Positions 1 through 12,454 of a DNA stretch of 64,000 bases are shown in pieces. The translations under genes and the position numbers were made by a program. Within the stretch, counting starts at the first letter, position 1; each line of letters begins with the position of its first letter. Source of the DNA: Isurus oxyrinchus (taxonomy: Eukaryota); assembly GCA_026770705.1 (NCBI GenBank), contig JANJGN010000021.1:105028001-105092000 (forward strand). Reading direction: 5' to 3'. A model generated the notes under the pieces. The model saw nothing but the letters and a program-made list of their open reading frames with translations. It searched no databases and was not told the origin of the DNA.

Positions 1-1250
1 CAGCCAATTCAATTCTCCCCATACAATATCAATAAATGGTTGAAGGCACTGGATACTGCAAATTCGGAGAACCATGAAAACATCCCAACGTTAACACCGA
101 AGGCTTGTCCTCCAGAAATATCCATGCCTTTATCCAAGCTGTCGATGTGGAAAATTGCCCAGGTGTGTCCTGTCCGCAAAAAGCACGACAAACCCAATCC
201 AGCCAACTGCTGCCCCATCAGTCTATTCTCAATCACCAGCAAAATGATGCAAGTTATCGTCGAGTGTTATCAGGGAGCACTTACTCAGCAATAATCTGCT
301 CACTGCACTCAGTTTGCATTTTGTTCGCAAACATGGACAAAAAGAGCTGAACTAAATAGGTGAGGTGAGAATAACTACCTTCTCATCAAGGCAGCATTTG
401 ACTAAGTGTGGCTTCAAGATGCTCGAGAAAAATTAAATTCAATGGGAATCGGGAGATAGCTCTCTACGGACTGGAGTTACACCTAGTGGAAGGGAAGGTG
501 GTTATGGTTCTTAGAGGCCATTCACCTCAATCCCGGGACATTGTTGCAGGAGCTGCTCAGGGTAGTGTCTTAGTCGAACCAACTTCAGCTGCTTCATCAA
601 TGACCTTCTTTCTGTCAATTGGGAAAATTTGCAGTTGATATTCATTACCATTCACATCTCCCCAGATACTGAAGTAGCGCCTGTTGGCATGCAGCACAAC
701 CTGGAGCACTTTCAGTCTTGAGCGGATAAGTGGCAAGTAACATTTTCACCCCACAATTACTATCTCCAACCAAATGCAATCTTATCATCTTTGCTTGACA
801 TTCAACGGCATTTCCATCGCTGCATCCCTGCCATCAACTTCATGGGGGTTACCATTGATGGAACCTAATTAGACCAGCCATGTAAATACTGCATCTACAA
901 TTCCAGCATAGCTTGGCCTAAATAGCCAAGTGGTTATGGTACTGGGCTTGTAACCCCAAGATCAAGAGTTCAAATCTCACAATGGCAAACTATGAAACAA
1001 TGTAACTTCATCTGAATAGGAACAGATGGAAACGTGTTTGTACTCGAAAGAGTTACAATTCCAGCATACTAAAGTCTCAAGTCAGATGAGCAATGGAATA
1101 TTCTTCATTTGCCTGGATGAGTGCAGCCCCGCCTGCATTCATGAATCTCGACACTATCTTCGAAAAAGCAATCCATTTGATTGCCACCCCAACAACCACC
1201 TTAAATGTTCACCCCCTCAGCCACTAGCATACAATGGCAGCAGTGTGCAC
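1..1250 (+). mobile_element. Decayed non-LTR retrotransposon (CR1/L2-group 'family B') RT region, interrupted by a SINE at 911-1053
   Basis: ORF 40..294 has the LINE RT-proximal motif WKIAQVCPVRKK...PANCCPISLFSITSKMM. Downstream sequence matches other family B copies in the window (23560-24520, 27440-28355). Many stops and frameshifts. Confidence 0.8.
911..1053 (+). mobile_element. Short (143 bp) tRNA-derived SINE with 15-bp target-site duplication
   Basis: Perfect direct repeat tacaattccagcata at 896-910 and 1054-1068. Pol III A box tagccaagtgg (923-933), B-box-like gagttcaaatc (966-976), anticodon-like arm ctgggcttgtaaccccaag. Confidence 0.85.
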
Positions 1251-1261
1251 AGAGGGCACAG

Positions 1262-1897
1262 CATTCTTAAGGTACATTTAGGAGAACATTGTTGGCAGAG
1301 TATGTAGCAAGTCCAGCAAGAGACGTTGCGGTTCTGGGCTTATATTTAGGGAATGAAGCTGGGCAGGTGGAAGGAGTAACAGTGAGAGAGCATTTTGTTG
1401 CTAAAGATCATTATTCTTTTAACTTTAACATAAGTATGGGAAAGAACAAAGATAGCACAGGGGTTACAGTTCTAAATTGGGGCAAGGTCACTTTTACTAA
1501 GTTGAGGAGTGATTTAGCAAACGTGGATTGGAAACAGTTACTTGAAAGTGAATCAGTATCAGATCAGTGGGAGGCATTCAAAGGGGAAGATTCAAGGGTT
1601 TCGGGGCAAACATATTCCCACAAAGAAAAACAGGGCAGGGCGGCCAAGTCTAGAGCCCCTTGGATGTCAAGGAGCTTATAGGGTATGAGAAGGCAGAAAA
1701 GGAAAACTTATGTCAGACACTGATAGCTCAATACTACAGAAAACCGAAAGAAGCATAGAAAGTGGAGGGGTGAAGTAAAAAAGGAAATTTGGAAAGCAAA
1801 GAATGGCCTTGAAAGAATATTGGCAGGATAAATCAACGAGAACCCAAAGATGTTTTATCATTAAGAGTAAGAGGATAACTAAAAACTCAGTAGGGAC
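1262..1897 (+). mobile_element. CR1 LINE ORF2 fragment (endonuclease/RT linker)
   Basis: ORF 1289..1681 reads ...EHFVAKDHYSFNF...LNWGK...VDWKQLL...QWEAFK...PWM, typical of CR1 ORF2 and similar to 5000-5500. Confidence 0.8.
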
Positions 1898-3276
1898 CTG
1901 TCATGAAAATATAATATTTCTCGTCATATTTTTGGGGTCTATTGTAAAGTAGGAATNNNNNNNNNNNNNNNNNNNNNNNNNNNNNNNNNNNNNNNNNNNN
2001 NNNNNNNNNNNNNNNNNNNNNNNNNNNNNNNNNNNNNNNNNNNNNNNNNNNNNNNNNNNNNNNNNNNNNNNNNNNNNNNNNNNNNNNNNNNNNNNNNNNN
2101 NNNNNNNNNNNNNNNNNNNNNNNNNNNNNNNNNNNNNNNNNNNNNNNGGCGGGGAGGTGAGTGGTCTGGGGTGGGGGGTGGTAGGGGTGGAGGAGTGGTG
2201 TTAGAATTTAACTGAATTAAAGAGAGCCAGTCTGAAGGTTTTGAAATATCAAAAGAGAAGCTAGGTTTGAAATGCTAAATAAGTAAACATGGCTGAATGT
2301 GTAAAGGAAAATTTGCATTTTTAGTTAAACCAGAGTAGTTTAATTTCAAAGGAGAGGGTGAAATATTTCACTTAGAAGAAGCCAAATAAAGTGTCAACTT
2401 TCCCTATGCCTACTGATATAGTTGGTGCTTTGAAATATTTTTGTTATTAGAAAGTTAAAGTCCAAAGACACTTTAGAAAGATGGGATTTACATTTAAAAG
2501 GGAGAAACATGTATAGAAAAGATGAGTTTCTGTGTAAGGAGAGGGCATTCTCAGATCTCAAAAGTGTGAAAAGACTACAGCCCCTCTATGCACCAAGCTG
2601 CTGCCTGTAGGAACCGAAGCTAAGAGAATTCACTGTGAATATTCATGTCCAGGGTATAGTGTGCTCTGCCTGGGTCTGTTGAAATCTATTTTGTTTTTAT
2701 TGTTGCCTTAGCGGGGGTGTTACTGGGAGCTTGATTAATTAGGGGAGCTAGGAGTTATCATACTAGCAATTTGTAGACCCATATAGACGTTTAAAATTAT
2801 TTCTTTTATTAATATTGTTTAATTTAATTTTGTAAACTCCCTCTAAGATTCGGTTGACTTATTATTACTGAATTCAAGGTCAGCACCTCTAATTAAAAGT
2901 GCAAATTGCAAAACAGTTGTGGCAGTTGTTTCACGTTTCCCTCTGGGATTTGGGCAGTTTAGACTTTGCTATCTGATGTAGTAAAATTACAAAATTGGCA
3001 GCCCTTTGGGGATATAATTGAAACTCCTTCTTGGTTTGGAGTTGGTGAATCTTAAGGTCACGAGCACTTTGAATTCAGGAGTTGGTGTGAGATTGTTTTT
3101 TGAAGTGGTGAGACTGCAATATCGCTTTGGCAGTTGCTAAGACTTGCTTGGGAGTTGAAGTTATAACTTTGGCTGATTTACGAAAGATAAACAAAGCTAA
3201 CTTAATGGAAATGGCAGATAAGTTACTATTAGAATTACCTGCAGGGGGAAGAAAATCAGACATAATTGAAGGTATA
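1898..3276 (+). mobile_element. Probable Gypsy-type LTR retrotransposon relic: LTR, decayed PBS region and start of gag
   Basis: Starts tgtcatg at a break in the CR1 sequence. A PBS-like ttggcagccc...gggat occurs near 2995. From about 3121 the frame reads IALAVAKTCLGVEVITLADLRKINKANLMEMADKLLLELPAGGRKSDIIEGIV, resembling the N-terminus of fish Gypsy gag. Truncated by the CR1 at 3277. Confidence 0.55.
1957..2147. other. Assembly gap (191 N)
   Basis: Run of N. Confidence 1.
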
Positions 3277-3693
3277 GTGGGTGAGCGTGTGGAATTTATT
3301 TAAAGCAGAGAGCGGGTGAGAGTGTGGACTTTATTTAAAACAGAGAGTGGGTGAGCGTGTGGACTTTATTTAAAATAGAGAGTGGTTAAACGTGTGGGCT
3401 TTATTTAAAACAGAGAGTGGGTAAGTGTGTGGACTTTATTTAAAACAGAGTAGGTGAGCATGTGGACATTATTTAAAGCAGAGATTGGGTGAGCGTGCTG
3501 ACTTTATTTAAAATAGAGAGTGGGTGAGCGTGTGGACTTAATTTAGAACAGAGAATGGGTGAGTATGTGGACTATATTTAAAACAGAGAATGCGTGGGCC
3601 TTTGGGCTTTATTTAAAGCAGAGAGTGTGTGAGCCTGTGGGCTTTATTTAAAACAGAGAGTATGTGAGCATGTGGACTTTATTTCAAATAGAG
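3277..3693 (+). repeat. Tandem array, about 12 x 35 bp (gtgggtgagcgtgtggactttatttaaaacagaga), probably the 5' UTR of the adjacent CR1
   Basis: Twelve diverged head-to-tail units with no unique spacers, directly upstream of the CR1 ORF1/ORF2 relics. Confidence 0.9.
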
Positions 3694-6600
3694 CTGGGAG
3701 ACTTTCTTTGAAAAGAGCTCGGAGAGCAGCTGATTGGTGAGTAGGATTACGGGGTATTTCTGGTCTTTAGATCAAAATTAAGGTCGATAGTTAGTGTTTA
3801 GGTCTCTAGTTTTTACTTTATCGTTCTTAATGTTAAAAACAAGGTCGATACTGGCATAAATAATTAAATTCAATACAGTGTAAAGAGCAGGGGTACCAGA
3901 GGAATTAATTAATAAATTAAATAAAATAAGAAAGCGATGGCAGGACTGATGATTTTTTGCTGCTGTGACATGTGGGAGCTGCTGGACACCAAGATGATCC
4001 AGACCAAATATATCTGTAATAAAGGTAGTAATCTCGGTATTACCACCTGAATAACAGGCAACCTGGCATAGGTTAATTAAAGTCAAAGAGTTAAATGTAC
4101 GAGATTGGTGTGGGAGAATTGGCCACTGGCATCACTGCTGAAGCAGAAGGGAGCCGATTCGGTGGGATAGGCTTCACTTGAACTATGCTGGGACCAGTGT
4201 CCTGGTGAATTGAATAACTTGGGCTGTAGAGAGGGCTTTAAACTACACAGATGGCGGTGGGGGGTTGGGGGGGGCGGGGAGGGAGTGTTTTGGAGAGGGG
4301 TTAAGTAGGCTTACAAAGCGAAAGCATATGGAGGCATTGCAGGGCAGCCACTTAGGTTATGATACGCAGAGCATGACAGGAAGGGTTAGAATGTACACAC
4401 ATAAAAAATCTGCAGCAAATAGGGTCAAAGAGGGAAAAATGGTAAAAAGGCAAAATTAATGGCTCTTTACTTAAATTCACGTAGTATTTGGAACAAAATA
4501 AATGAATTAATGGCACAAACAGAGTTTAATGGGTATGCTCTTACAACCATTACGGAGACATGGTTACAAGGAGATCCAAGCTGGGAACTAAATATTCGGT
4601 GGTATATGGCTTTTCGCAAGGACAGACAGGAAGGAAAGGGTGGTGAGATAGCTTTGTTAGTATGAGATGGAATAAGCACAATAGCAAGAAATGATCTTGG
4701 ATTGGAAGATGCGGAATCCATATGGGTGGAGGTAAGTAATAACAAGGGGAAGAAGTCACTGGTGGGAGTAGACTATATGCCCTCCAAAAGTAGCAATGCT
4801 TTCAGGCTGAGAATAAATTAGCAAATAATGAGGGCATGTAAAAAAGGCAGTATATTAATCATGGATGACTTTAATCTCCATGTAGATTGGGAAAATCACA
4901 TTGACAGAGATCGCCATGAAAAGAATTCATTAAGTATATTCAGGACAGTTTCCTTGGACAAAATGTTGTGGATCCAACCAGGGATCAGGGCATTTTGGAT
5001 ATGGTAACGAGGCAGGTTTAACAAATGATCTAATAATAAAAGATTCCCTAGGTAACAGTGACCACAACATTGGGGAATTTAGGATTCAGTTTGAGAGTGA
5101 GAAAGATAGGCCACAAACACCTGTGCTAAGCTTAAACATGGGCAATTACAAAGAAACGAGGGCAGAGTTGGCTGGAGTAGACTGGGAAAGGAGTTCAGCA
5201 GAAAAAATAGTTGATGAACAATGGCAGAAATTTAAGAAAATAGTTCATGACTCACAACAAAGATATACCCCAGTGAGGAAGAAAGTTTGTAGGAAGGGAA
5301 TAAACCAGCCACACTTAAGCAAGGAGGTTAAGATTAGTATCGAAGTAAAATAAAAAGAATACAGTGTGGCAAGGATTAGTGGTAAGCCAGAGGATTGGGA
5401 AGGTTTTAAAAACCAACAACAGATGGCCGGAAAAATAAAGAGGGTTAAAATAAACTTTGAGGGTAAACTAGCAAGTAATATAAAAATGGACAGTCAGAGC
5501 TCCTTTAGATATATAAAAAGGGAGAGAGAGGCCAAAGTCACTATAAGCCCCTTAGCGACGAGGATTGAGAAATAATGACAGAGAACCAGGATATGGCAGA
5601 GGAGTTGAGTAAATACTTTGCATCAGTCTTCATAGTATAAGACACTAATAGAATTCCAAAAAATACTAAATAATCACGGGTAAAAAGGGGGAGGAAATAA
5701 ATACAATAACTATCACTAGAGAAGAAGTACTAGTGAAACAATTGGAACTACAGGCCAATAAGTCACCTGGACCTGATGGGTTGCCACAAGGATATTAAAG
5801 AAAATTTCTGCAGAGTTAGTGGATGCACTGGTAGTAATCTTTCAAGAGTCCTTAGATTCTGGATAAGCCCAAGAGGACTGGAAACCCGCCAATGTAACAC
5901 GCTTATTCAAAAAGAGAGGGAGACAAAAAAAAGTCACTATGGGCCAATTAGCTTAACAAGTGTAATTGGGAGAATGTTGGAGCCTATTATGAAGAATGCA
6001 ACAGCAAAGCATTTAGAAATATATAATCTAATCAAGCAGAGTTAGCATGGCTTCATGAAGGGGAAATCATGCCTGACAAATTTATTACAATTCCTGAGGA
6101 GGTAACAAGCAGGATAGATAAAAGGAACCAGTAGATGTAATATATTTGGATTTATGAAAAGCATTCGATAAAGTGCCACACATAAGGCTACGTAATAAGA
6201 TAAGAACTCATGATGTTGGGGGTAGCATATTAACATGGATAAAGGACTGGCTAACGAATAGACGACATAGAGTTCAGCTAAGAGGGGTATTTTCAGCATG
6301 GCAACCTGTAACTAATTGAGTACCAGAGGCATCAGTGCTGGGGCTCAATTATTTACAATATATATTAATGACCTAGATGAGGGAAATGAATGTACTATAG
6401 CGAAGTTTGCAGATGACACAAAAATAGGTGGGAAGGCAAATGATGAGGATGACACAATGAGTCTACAGAGGGAAAAACACAGGTTAAGTGAGTGGGCAGA
6501 AATGCAGCAGTTGGAATATAATGTGGGAAAGTGTGAGGTTATGCATTTTGGCAGGAGGAATAGAGGAGCTGAATATTACTTAAATGGAGAAAGGCTGAAA

Positions 6601-7290
6601 TAGTTGCAGCACAGAGGAATTTGGGGGTCCTCGTGCATGCAAATTCAGCAGGTAATAAGTAAGGCAAATGGAATGTTGGCCTTTATTTCAAAGGGAATGG
6701 AATATAAAAATTGGGAAGCATTGTTAAAACTGTACAAGGCACTAGTTAGACCACAACTAGAATACCATGAGCAGTTTTGGTCCCCTTATCTAAGGAAAGA
6801 TATGCTGGCATTGGAGGCAGTCCAGAGAAGGTTCACTAGGTTGATCCCGGGTTTGGAGGGATTTTCTTATGAGGAGAGGTTGAGTCGGTTATGATGTACT
6901 CGTTGGAGTTTAGAAGCATGAGACGTGACCTTATTGGAACATATAAGTTTCTTAGGGGGCTTGATAGGGTAGATGCTGTGGGAGAGTCTAGGACCAGAAG
7001 GCATAATCTCAGAGTAAGGGAGTGCCCATTTAAAACAGAGGTGAGGAGGAATTTCTTCTCTCAGAGGGCAGTCAACCTGTGGAATTCTTTACAGCAGAGG
7101 GCTGTAGAGAAATATATTCAAGGCTGACGTAGACAGATTTCTAATCAGTAAAGGAATTAAGGGTTATGAGGAAAAGGCAGGAAAGTGGAATTGAAGATTA
7201 TCAGGTCAGCCTTGATCTCATTGAATGGCAGAGCAGACTCGATTGGCTGAATAGCCTACTTCTGCTCCTACGTCTTATGGTCTTATAGTC
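3277..7290 (+). mobile_element. Near-full-length degenerate CR1 LINE (ORF1 relic; ORF2 APE endonuclease + RT)
   Basis: APE motifs LYLNSRSIWNK and ITETWL (4459-), RT motif LFTIYINDLD...KFADDTK (6316-), C-terminal LYKALVRPQLEY...RRNFFSQRAVNLWNSL, and a CR1-type 3' tail ending near 7290. Many stops. Confidence 0.92.
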
Positions 7291-7902
7291 AGAGAATACA
7301 AGAGCAGTGAGGTTATGCTGGAACTATATAGGCATCAGTTAGGCCACAGCTTGAGCACTGTGTGCAGTTCTGGTCACCTCGTTACAGAAAGGTTGTGATT
7401 GCATCAGAGAGGAGGCAGAAGAGACTTACGGGGGTGTTGCTAGGACTGGAAAATTATAGCTACGAGGAAAGATTGGATAGGCTGGGATTGTTCTCCCTTG
7501 AACAGAGGCTGAAGGGAGATTTGATTGAGATGTACAAAAATGTAAGGGTCCTGGATAGAGTAGATGGGAAGGGCGTATGTACCTTAGCAGAGAGGTCAGT
7601 GATTGGGTGGCATGAATTTAAAGTGCTTGGTAGAAGGATTAGAGGGGAGATGAGGAAAATCTTTTTCACCAGATGTTTGTGGTGGTCTGGAACTCATTCT
7701 CTGAAAAGATAGTAGAAGCAGAAACCCTCAAGCCATTCAACATGTATCCGGATATGCACCTGAAGTGTTGTAACTTGCAGGGCTACGGACCAAATGCAGG
7801 AAAGTGGGATTAGCTGGGTGGCTCGCTTTATACTGGCGCAGACACTACGGGCCAAGTGGCCTCTTTCTGCGCTGTAAACTTTCTATTATTCTATGATTCT
7901 AT
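7291..7902 (+). mobile_element. CR1 LINE 3' fragment
   Basis: ORF 7362..7712 QFWSPRY...SYEERLDRLGLFSLE; ends in attct/atg-type short repeats. Confidence 0.88.
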
Positions 7903-8974
7903 AGACAAGAGGTCCAACAATTATATACAACAACTCACCAAGGGTCATTAAACAGTGCTTTCCCACTAAAACACTCGTTGCTGCTTAGTTGGGAATTCAA
8001 AACGTAGTGAAAAGCTCAAAAGTACCATGTAAATTATCCATATGCAAGGAAATAAATGGTGTGGTTTTGATGTACACCAATGACATATATAAGCAACATC
8101 GTGCACTCTTCGATTTAAGTGGATGGAAAACCATATTCTGGGCAGGTGTTAGGAGCTTAGTGAATCAGTAAAGAAAAACAAATCGTTGCATTTACGCAGC
8201 TGCTGAAACAAAAGCTGCCTAAAAACCCACAATCTCTGCATCTAGGACAAGGACATCAGACGCAAAGGGACACCAACACTTGGACATTTCCCTCGGCCTC
8301 TCTTCAAGGGAGAACAATCCCAGCCTATCCACTCTTTCCTCATAGCTATAACTTTCCAGTCCTGGCAACACTCTCGTAAGTCTCCTCTGCCCCCTGTCTG
8401 AAGCAAGTCCATCCTTTCTGTAACGAGGTGTACATATCTACACACAGTACTCAAGCTGTGGCCTAACTAATGCCTATATAGTTTCAGCATAACCTCCCTG
8501 CTGTTGTATTCTTTGACCTAAGACATAGGAGCAGAAGTTGGCCATTCAGTGAGATTATGGTTGATCTGATAATCTTCAACTCCACTTTCCTGCCTCTTCC
8601 CCATAACCCTTAATTATGGGGAAACCCACAACCACTGCATCTGGGACAAAGGCATAAGACGTAAAGGAAAATTTGGACATTTCCCTCCAAAGTCACATGT
8701 CATTCTGATTTGGCTGTTCCTTCACTGTAGCTGGGTCAACTCCTGGAGACAGCATCGCTGCAGACGTACTTACACGAGATAACCTGCAGCGGATGCTAAA
8801 GGGCAATTAAGGGTGGGCAATAAATGCCGGCCTAGCCAAATATGCTCACATTCTATGAAAGAATAATAAAAGTTATATTCTTCGAAAAGCGACTTGTACA
8901 TCATTTGTGGGTTGATATCCAAAATGATTGCTATGCATCTCTACATTACATAATTGGATTCATTTTTTTAAATT

Positions 8975-9135
8975 ATTATTCATTTGCGGGATGTGTGCGT
9001 CGCTGGCTGGGCCGGCATTTATCGCCCACCACTGATTGCCCTTGAGAAGGGGGTGGTGAGCTGCCTTCTTGAACCGCTGCAGCCCACTTGGCATAGGTGC
9101 ACCCACAGTGCTGTCAGGGAGGGAGTTCCAGGATC
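8975..9135 (-). mobile_element. Family B LINE 3' tail
   Basis: Reverse complement of the shared tail (SWNSLP...GLQRFKKAAHHxLLKGN, then gggcaataaatgccggcc). Similar short tails occur near 8620-8870 (+) and 11890-12040 (-). Confidence 0.8.
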
Positions 9136-9928
9136 TGCTTTTCATATGGCAGGGGCAAATGGCAAGGCTTTAAGCTAATCAAATACCACTATAGCGGGGT
9201 TATTGCTACAGGGTGCAAGAGAATTTGCGCAACGAGGGGCGTGAAAGGTAATTTGAATGCATTAAAGTGCGGTAACTGAATCACCTGGATTGTATTTAAT
9301 CCCAGGTTAGTATCTTTTTTATGGAATTTTACTATCAGGTGGACATCATTTTTAAAATTTGGAGCAAGTGCTAACCTCAAAAAAACAAATTGTTAATTGG
9401 GTGACGGTGGCGCAACCAAAATAAAGCTTTGCTTCAATATTCCTAACGCATGCGGTTGAACTTGGTTGTTTTGGAAGGCTGTGGGAGCTCATTTGGCCTC
9501 ATTTCGGTAGGTGATATTTAAGGCTTTTTCCATCAGCTACGTGCAGAATGGACCTTTCAACGAGTTGTTTTTCTTTACTAATTCATTGAGCTCCTAACCC
9601 CCGCCCAGAATGTGGTTTTCCGTCCACTGAAATCGAAGTGTACACGATGTTGCTGACATATATCGTCAGCGTGCATCAAAAGCACGTGATTTATGTGGTT
9701 GCATGTGGCTAAGGACATCATTTGCATTGTACTTTTGTTGCCTCCACTGCTGTTTGAATCCCCAAATAAGCAGCAAAGAGTGTTTTAGTGGGCATTCAAG
9801 GCAGAAATCCTGTGCCCCCAAATAGGCTAGACCGCAAATTGTTCCATTCACGCCTTCTTATTCTACTGAGTCTGTTCATCCGAGAGCTGCATCACTTACT
9901 GTAGACCTTTATTGTGTGTACGGAGAAC

Positions 9929-9986
9929 ATGCGATGTATACAGCGAATTGCTGTTGTACGACTGATTTTCTTTGCACTATGCACTG
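9929..9986 (+). CDS. Gene A exon 1: signal-peptide exon (MRCIQRIAVVRLIFFALCT+g)
   Basis: ATG at 9929, hydrophobic stretch, phase-1 donor G|GTGAGT at 9987. Same layout as the gene B leader. Confidence 0.7.
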
Positions 9987-11017
9987 GTGAGTTAACTTAT
10001 TCTCTCGAGCTAATTTTATACAATGCAGTGAACATCGCCGTAGCTTTCAATCAGACGTGTTAGCAATTTGGGAATTATTGGGGTCCCCTATTTTAACATT
10101 AATGTGGTTTGGCACTTTCTGCAAAACTTCAAATTTAACCTTAATAGATTGAATGCAAAACACCAACGTGCCAATACTTGATTCGATCACTACTTAGAGG
10201 TGCTTTACCTGCCGAGTTATCATAAAAGAATTGGCACCAGCATAATTGAAAAAAAAATCCTTCGTCAGCAACTCCTGCGTTGATTTCCAGTCAAATAGTA
10301 TCACTTCCATGGTTTTGTTGTTTTTAAGGTTCATGTATCGCTATTGTTATTATTAACAATGAACATTTAGGAAGAAACGTGCTCAGTGTAATGGGTAAAT
10401 TTCAATGCGCACTATTTGAACCTTGTCCTCCCTCCTCCGCCGGAAAATGGTGTCAGCTGAAGAGCTCACTAGATGCAAAATAAATGGGGCGTAAAATAAA
10501 TATGCCGAACCTTCGTTAAATAAGCCAATGCACTTAGCGAAGACATAAATTCAGCCAAAATCGTCCGAATCCGATTTCTGGTGCACCAAATTGGCAACAC
10601 GGAAGATTCCTAAAGTCAATCCCCTGTAGAAATATGCAGGTTTGACTCATTCTGCTTGGAAATTGTTGAGCACGAACCGGAAAGGATGATGCAAACTTTG
10701 CATTCCAATGTCTACGTTAGGAACCAGAGTAGAATTTTTGGAGGGCCACTTTTGAGGGTCCCATACTCACAAGGTAGCTTTAGCTAAACCAGGCGAATGC
10801 TGCCCCTGATTTTTCTGTCCATTAAAATTAAAGGCAGGAATACCTGGCGCGGTACAGACGCGGTTTCCGATAAGCCAGCCGCTGGTTCAAGGCCCTACTC
10901 TCTGGATAGCCGCGTGGAAGATTCTCCTTAAAGTCTCTGAACTTAAACTGATAAAGGCTCACCATTTTAACATTCAGCAAGCGAACCTAAAAATTGTTGT
11001 GTTGGGTTCTTTTGTAG

Positions 11018-11458
11018 ATTAGAGGTTTAGCTTTGAGCAGCTCAGTCTCCATTTTATTCAAGCATTGCTGCTGGGCGATTGGATCCTTCATTTGTCGGTT
11101 CCGAGAACACTAGGCCACCAGAAACCACCACCGCCTAAGAGCTGAGAGGGGCCAAATTACTGCGCCTTATCTGAGAACGAGGAACTATCCTTCATAATAA
11201 TAATAATAACCAGCTTCGGTTCAGAAGAGGTTATTATAAAAAAAATTCGGTGGCCACAATATTCATTCAATTTCATCCAGTACGCGTCCGTGACATGCAT
11301 GCGGTCATTTGTCACACTGCGTGTGTGGTCTGAGGCACCTGGAAGGTCTGCTGACAATGTACGTTAGTGGGATTCACCGGTGTAGAAGCCTACGGTACGA
11401 AGTTTGCATGAGGAAGGGGAGACCTGACCTTCGCCTGAGCGATATGAGGGACCAACAG
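11018..11458 (+). pseudogene. Gene A decayed Ig V-type exon
   Basis: Acceptor ttcttttgtag| at 11017 and donor cag|GTGAGG at 11459. The 5' part reads AQSPFYSSIAAGR/GSFICRF with a 1-nt frameshift and keeps the Q-to-Cys spacing of gene B. The 3' part reads LTMYVSGIHRC (compare D-S-G-x-Y-x-C) followed by a G-strand-like RKGRPDLRL. Internal stops and a (taa)n run. Confidence 0.55.
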
Positions 11459-12138
11459 GTGAGGCGCTTGTTTTGTGTTACTTAACTCCGCTCTTTTAAA
11501 GGAGACTTCATAACAATGATGAAGAGCCCGTGGCGGAAAGCAATTATATTCTGCGATAAACAGTTCCCAAAGGTTTCCAGCAGCATTGTAAAACTAATGT
11601 ACATTGCGATCAAGGCGAAATCATTCCCCAAGATTCCTGCAAGGCGACCCCAGAGTTCAGGAGTTTGAAACTTCAGAACGCCATTCTTACAATAACCATG
11701 TTAATGAATGCACGGCAGACAGTACCAGTTTCAAAAATTTACTTGGATAATATATAGTAATATATAATGTGTGTGTGTATGCGTGTAATTGATGTGCTAT
11801 ATTATATATATATTCATATATTTAATAAATACATAATATAACACAATCTCTCTATATATATTACATATAAAGTTTGTGTTTTTGTTGTTTTTTGACGGGA
11901 TATGGACATCGCTGGTTAGGCAGCATTTATTGTCCATCCCTAGTTGCCCTTGAAAAGGTGGAGATGAACAGCCATTTTGTACCGCTGCAAACCATGTGGT
12001 GTAGGTACACCCACAGTGCTGTTAGAGAGGGAGTCCTAGCGATAGTATATGTGCATGTGTGTGTGTGACTGTGTACCTGTGTGTGTGGCTGTGATTAGAA
12101 GCAGAACCGTTGTCACAGAAAACATTTACCATCTATAG

Positions 12139-12454
12139 GTATGTTCCTCTGGAAAATAAACAAAACAATATTCTCCTGCTCCCAGGGATGAGGAATGTCA
12201 CCCTGTTCATTGCATCACAGCTGTTAAAAATAACCCACCTTCCAATCACGGATCGATTACTGGCAAACCAGTGATTTGTTTGTGAGGTGAAGGGCTGCCG
12301 AAGAGAACATAATGGGCGAGTGTCGGGGAGAAGAGATGACACGATAACTAATAACTAATAACTTAGTTATGCAAACCTGGACTGTGACAGTCTGTCGTTT
12401 GAAGAAGGAAGGAAAAACAATGGAAAGTCCAAAACTGTCACTTGAATCAGAAAT
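12139..12454 (+). pseudogene. Possible second decayed Ig (C-type) exon of gene A
   Basis: Across frameshifts it reads GMRNVTLF/CITAVKNNPPS/DYWQT...NNLVMQTWTVTVCRL...SPKLSLE, flanked by ctatag| and |gtatgc. Weak support. Confidence 0.3.

Noticed and set aside
916-987. Functional tRNA gene
   Set aside because: Acceptor and T stems pair poorly, and the sequence sits inside a TSD-flanked insert, so a SINE head is the better explanation.
3277-3693. CRISPR-like periodic repeat
   Set aside because: The units are contiguous with no unique spacers, there are no cas genes, and the context is eukaryotic.
9104-9110. cacagtg heptamers (here and in other family B copies, also 22908 and 55906) as RSS
   Set aside because: Most belong to the LINE consensus; those inspected lack a nonamer at 12 or 23 bp spacing.
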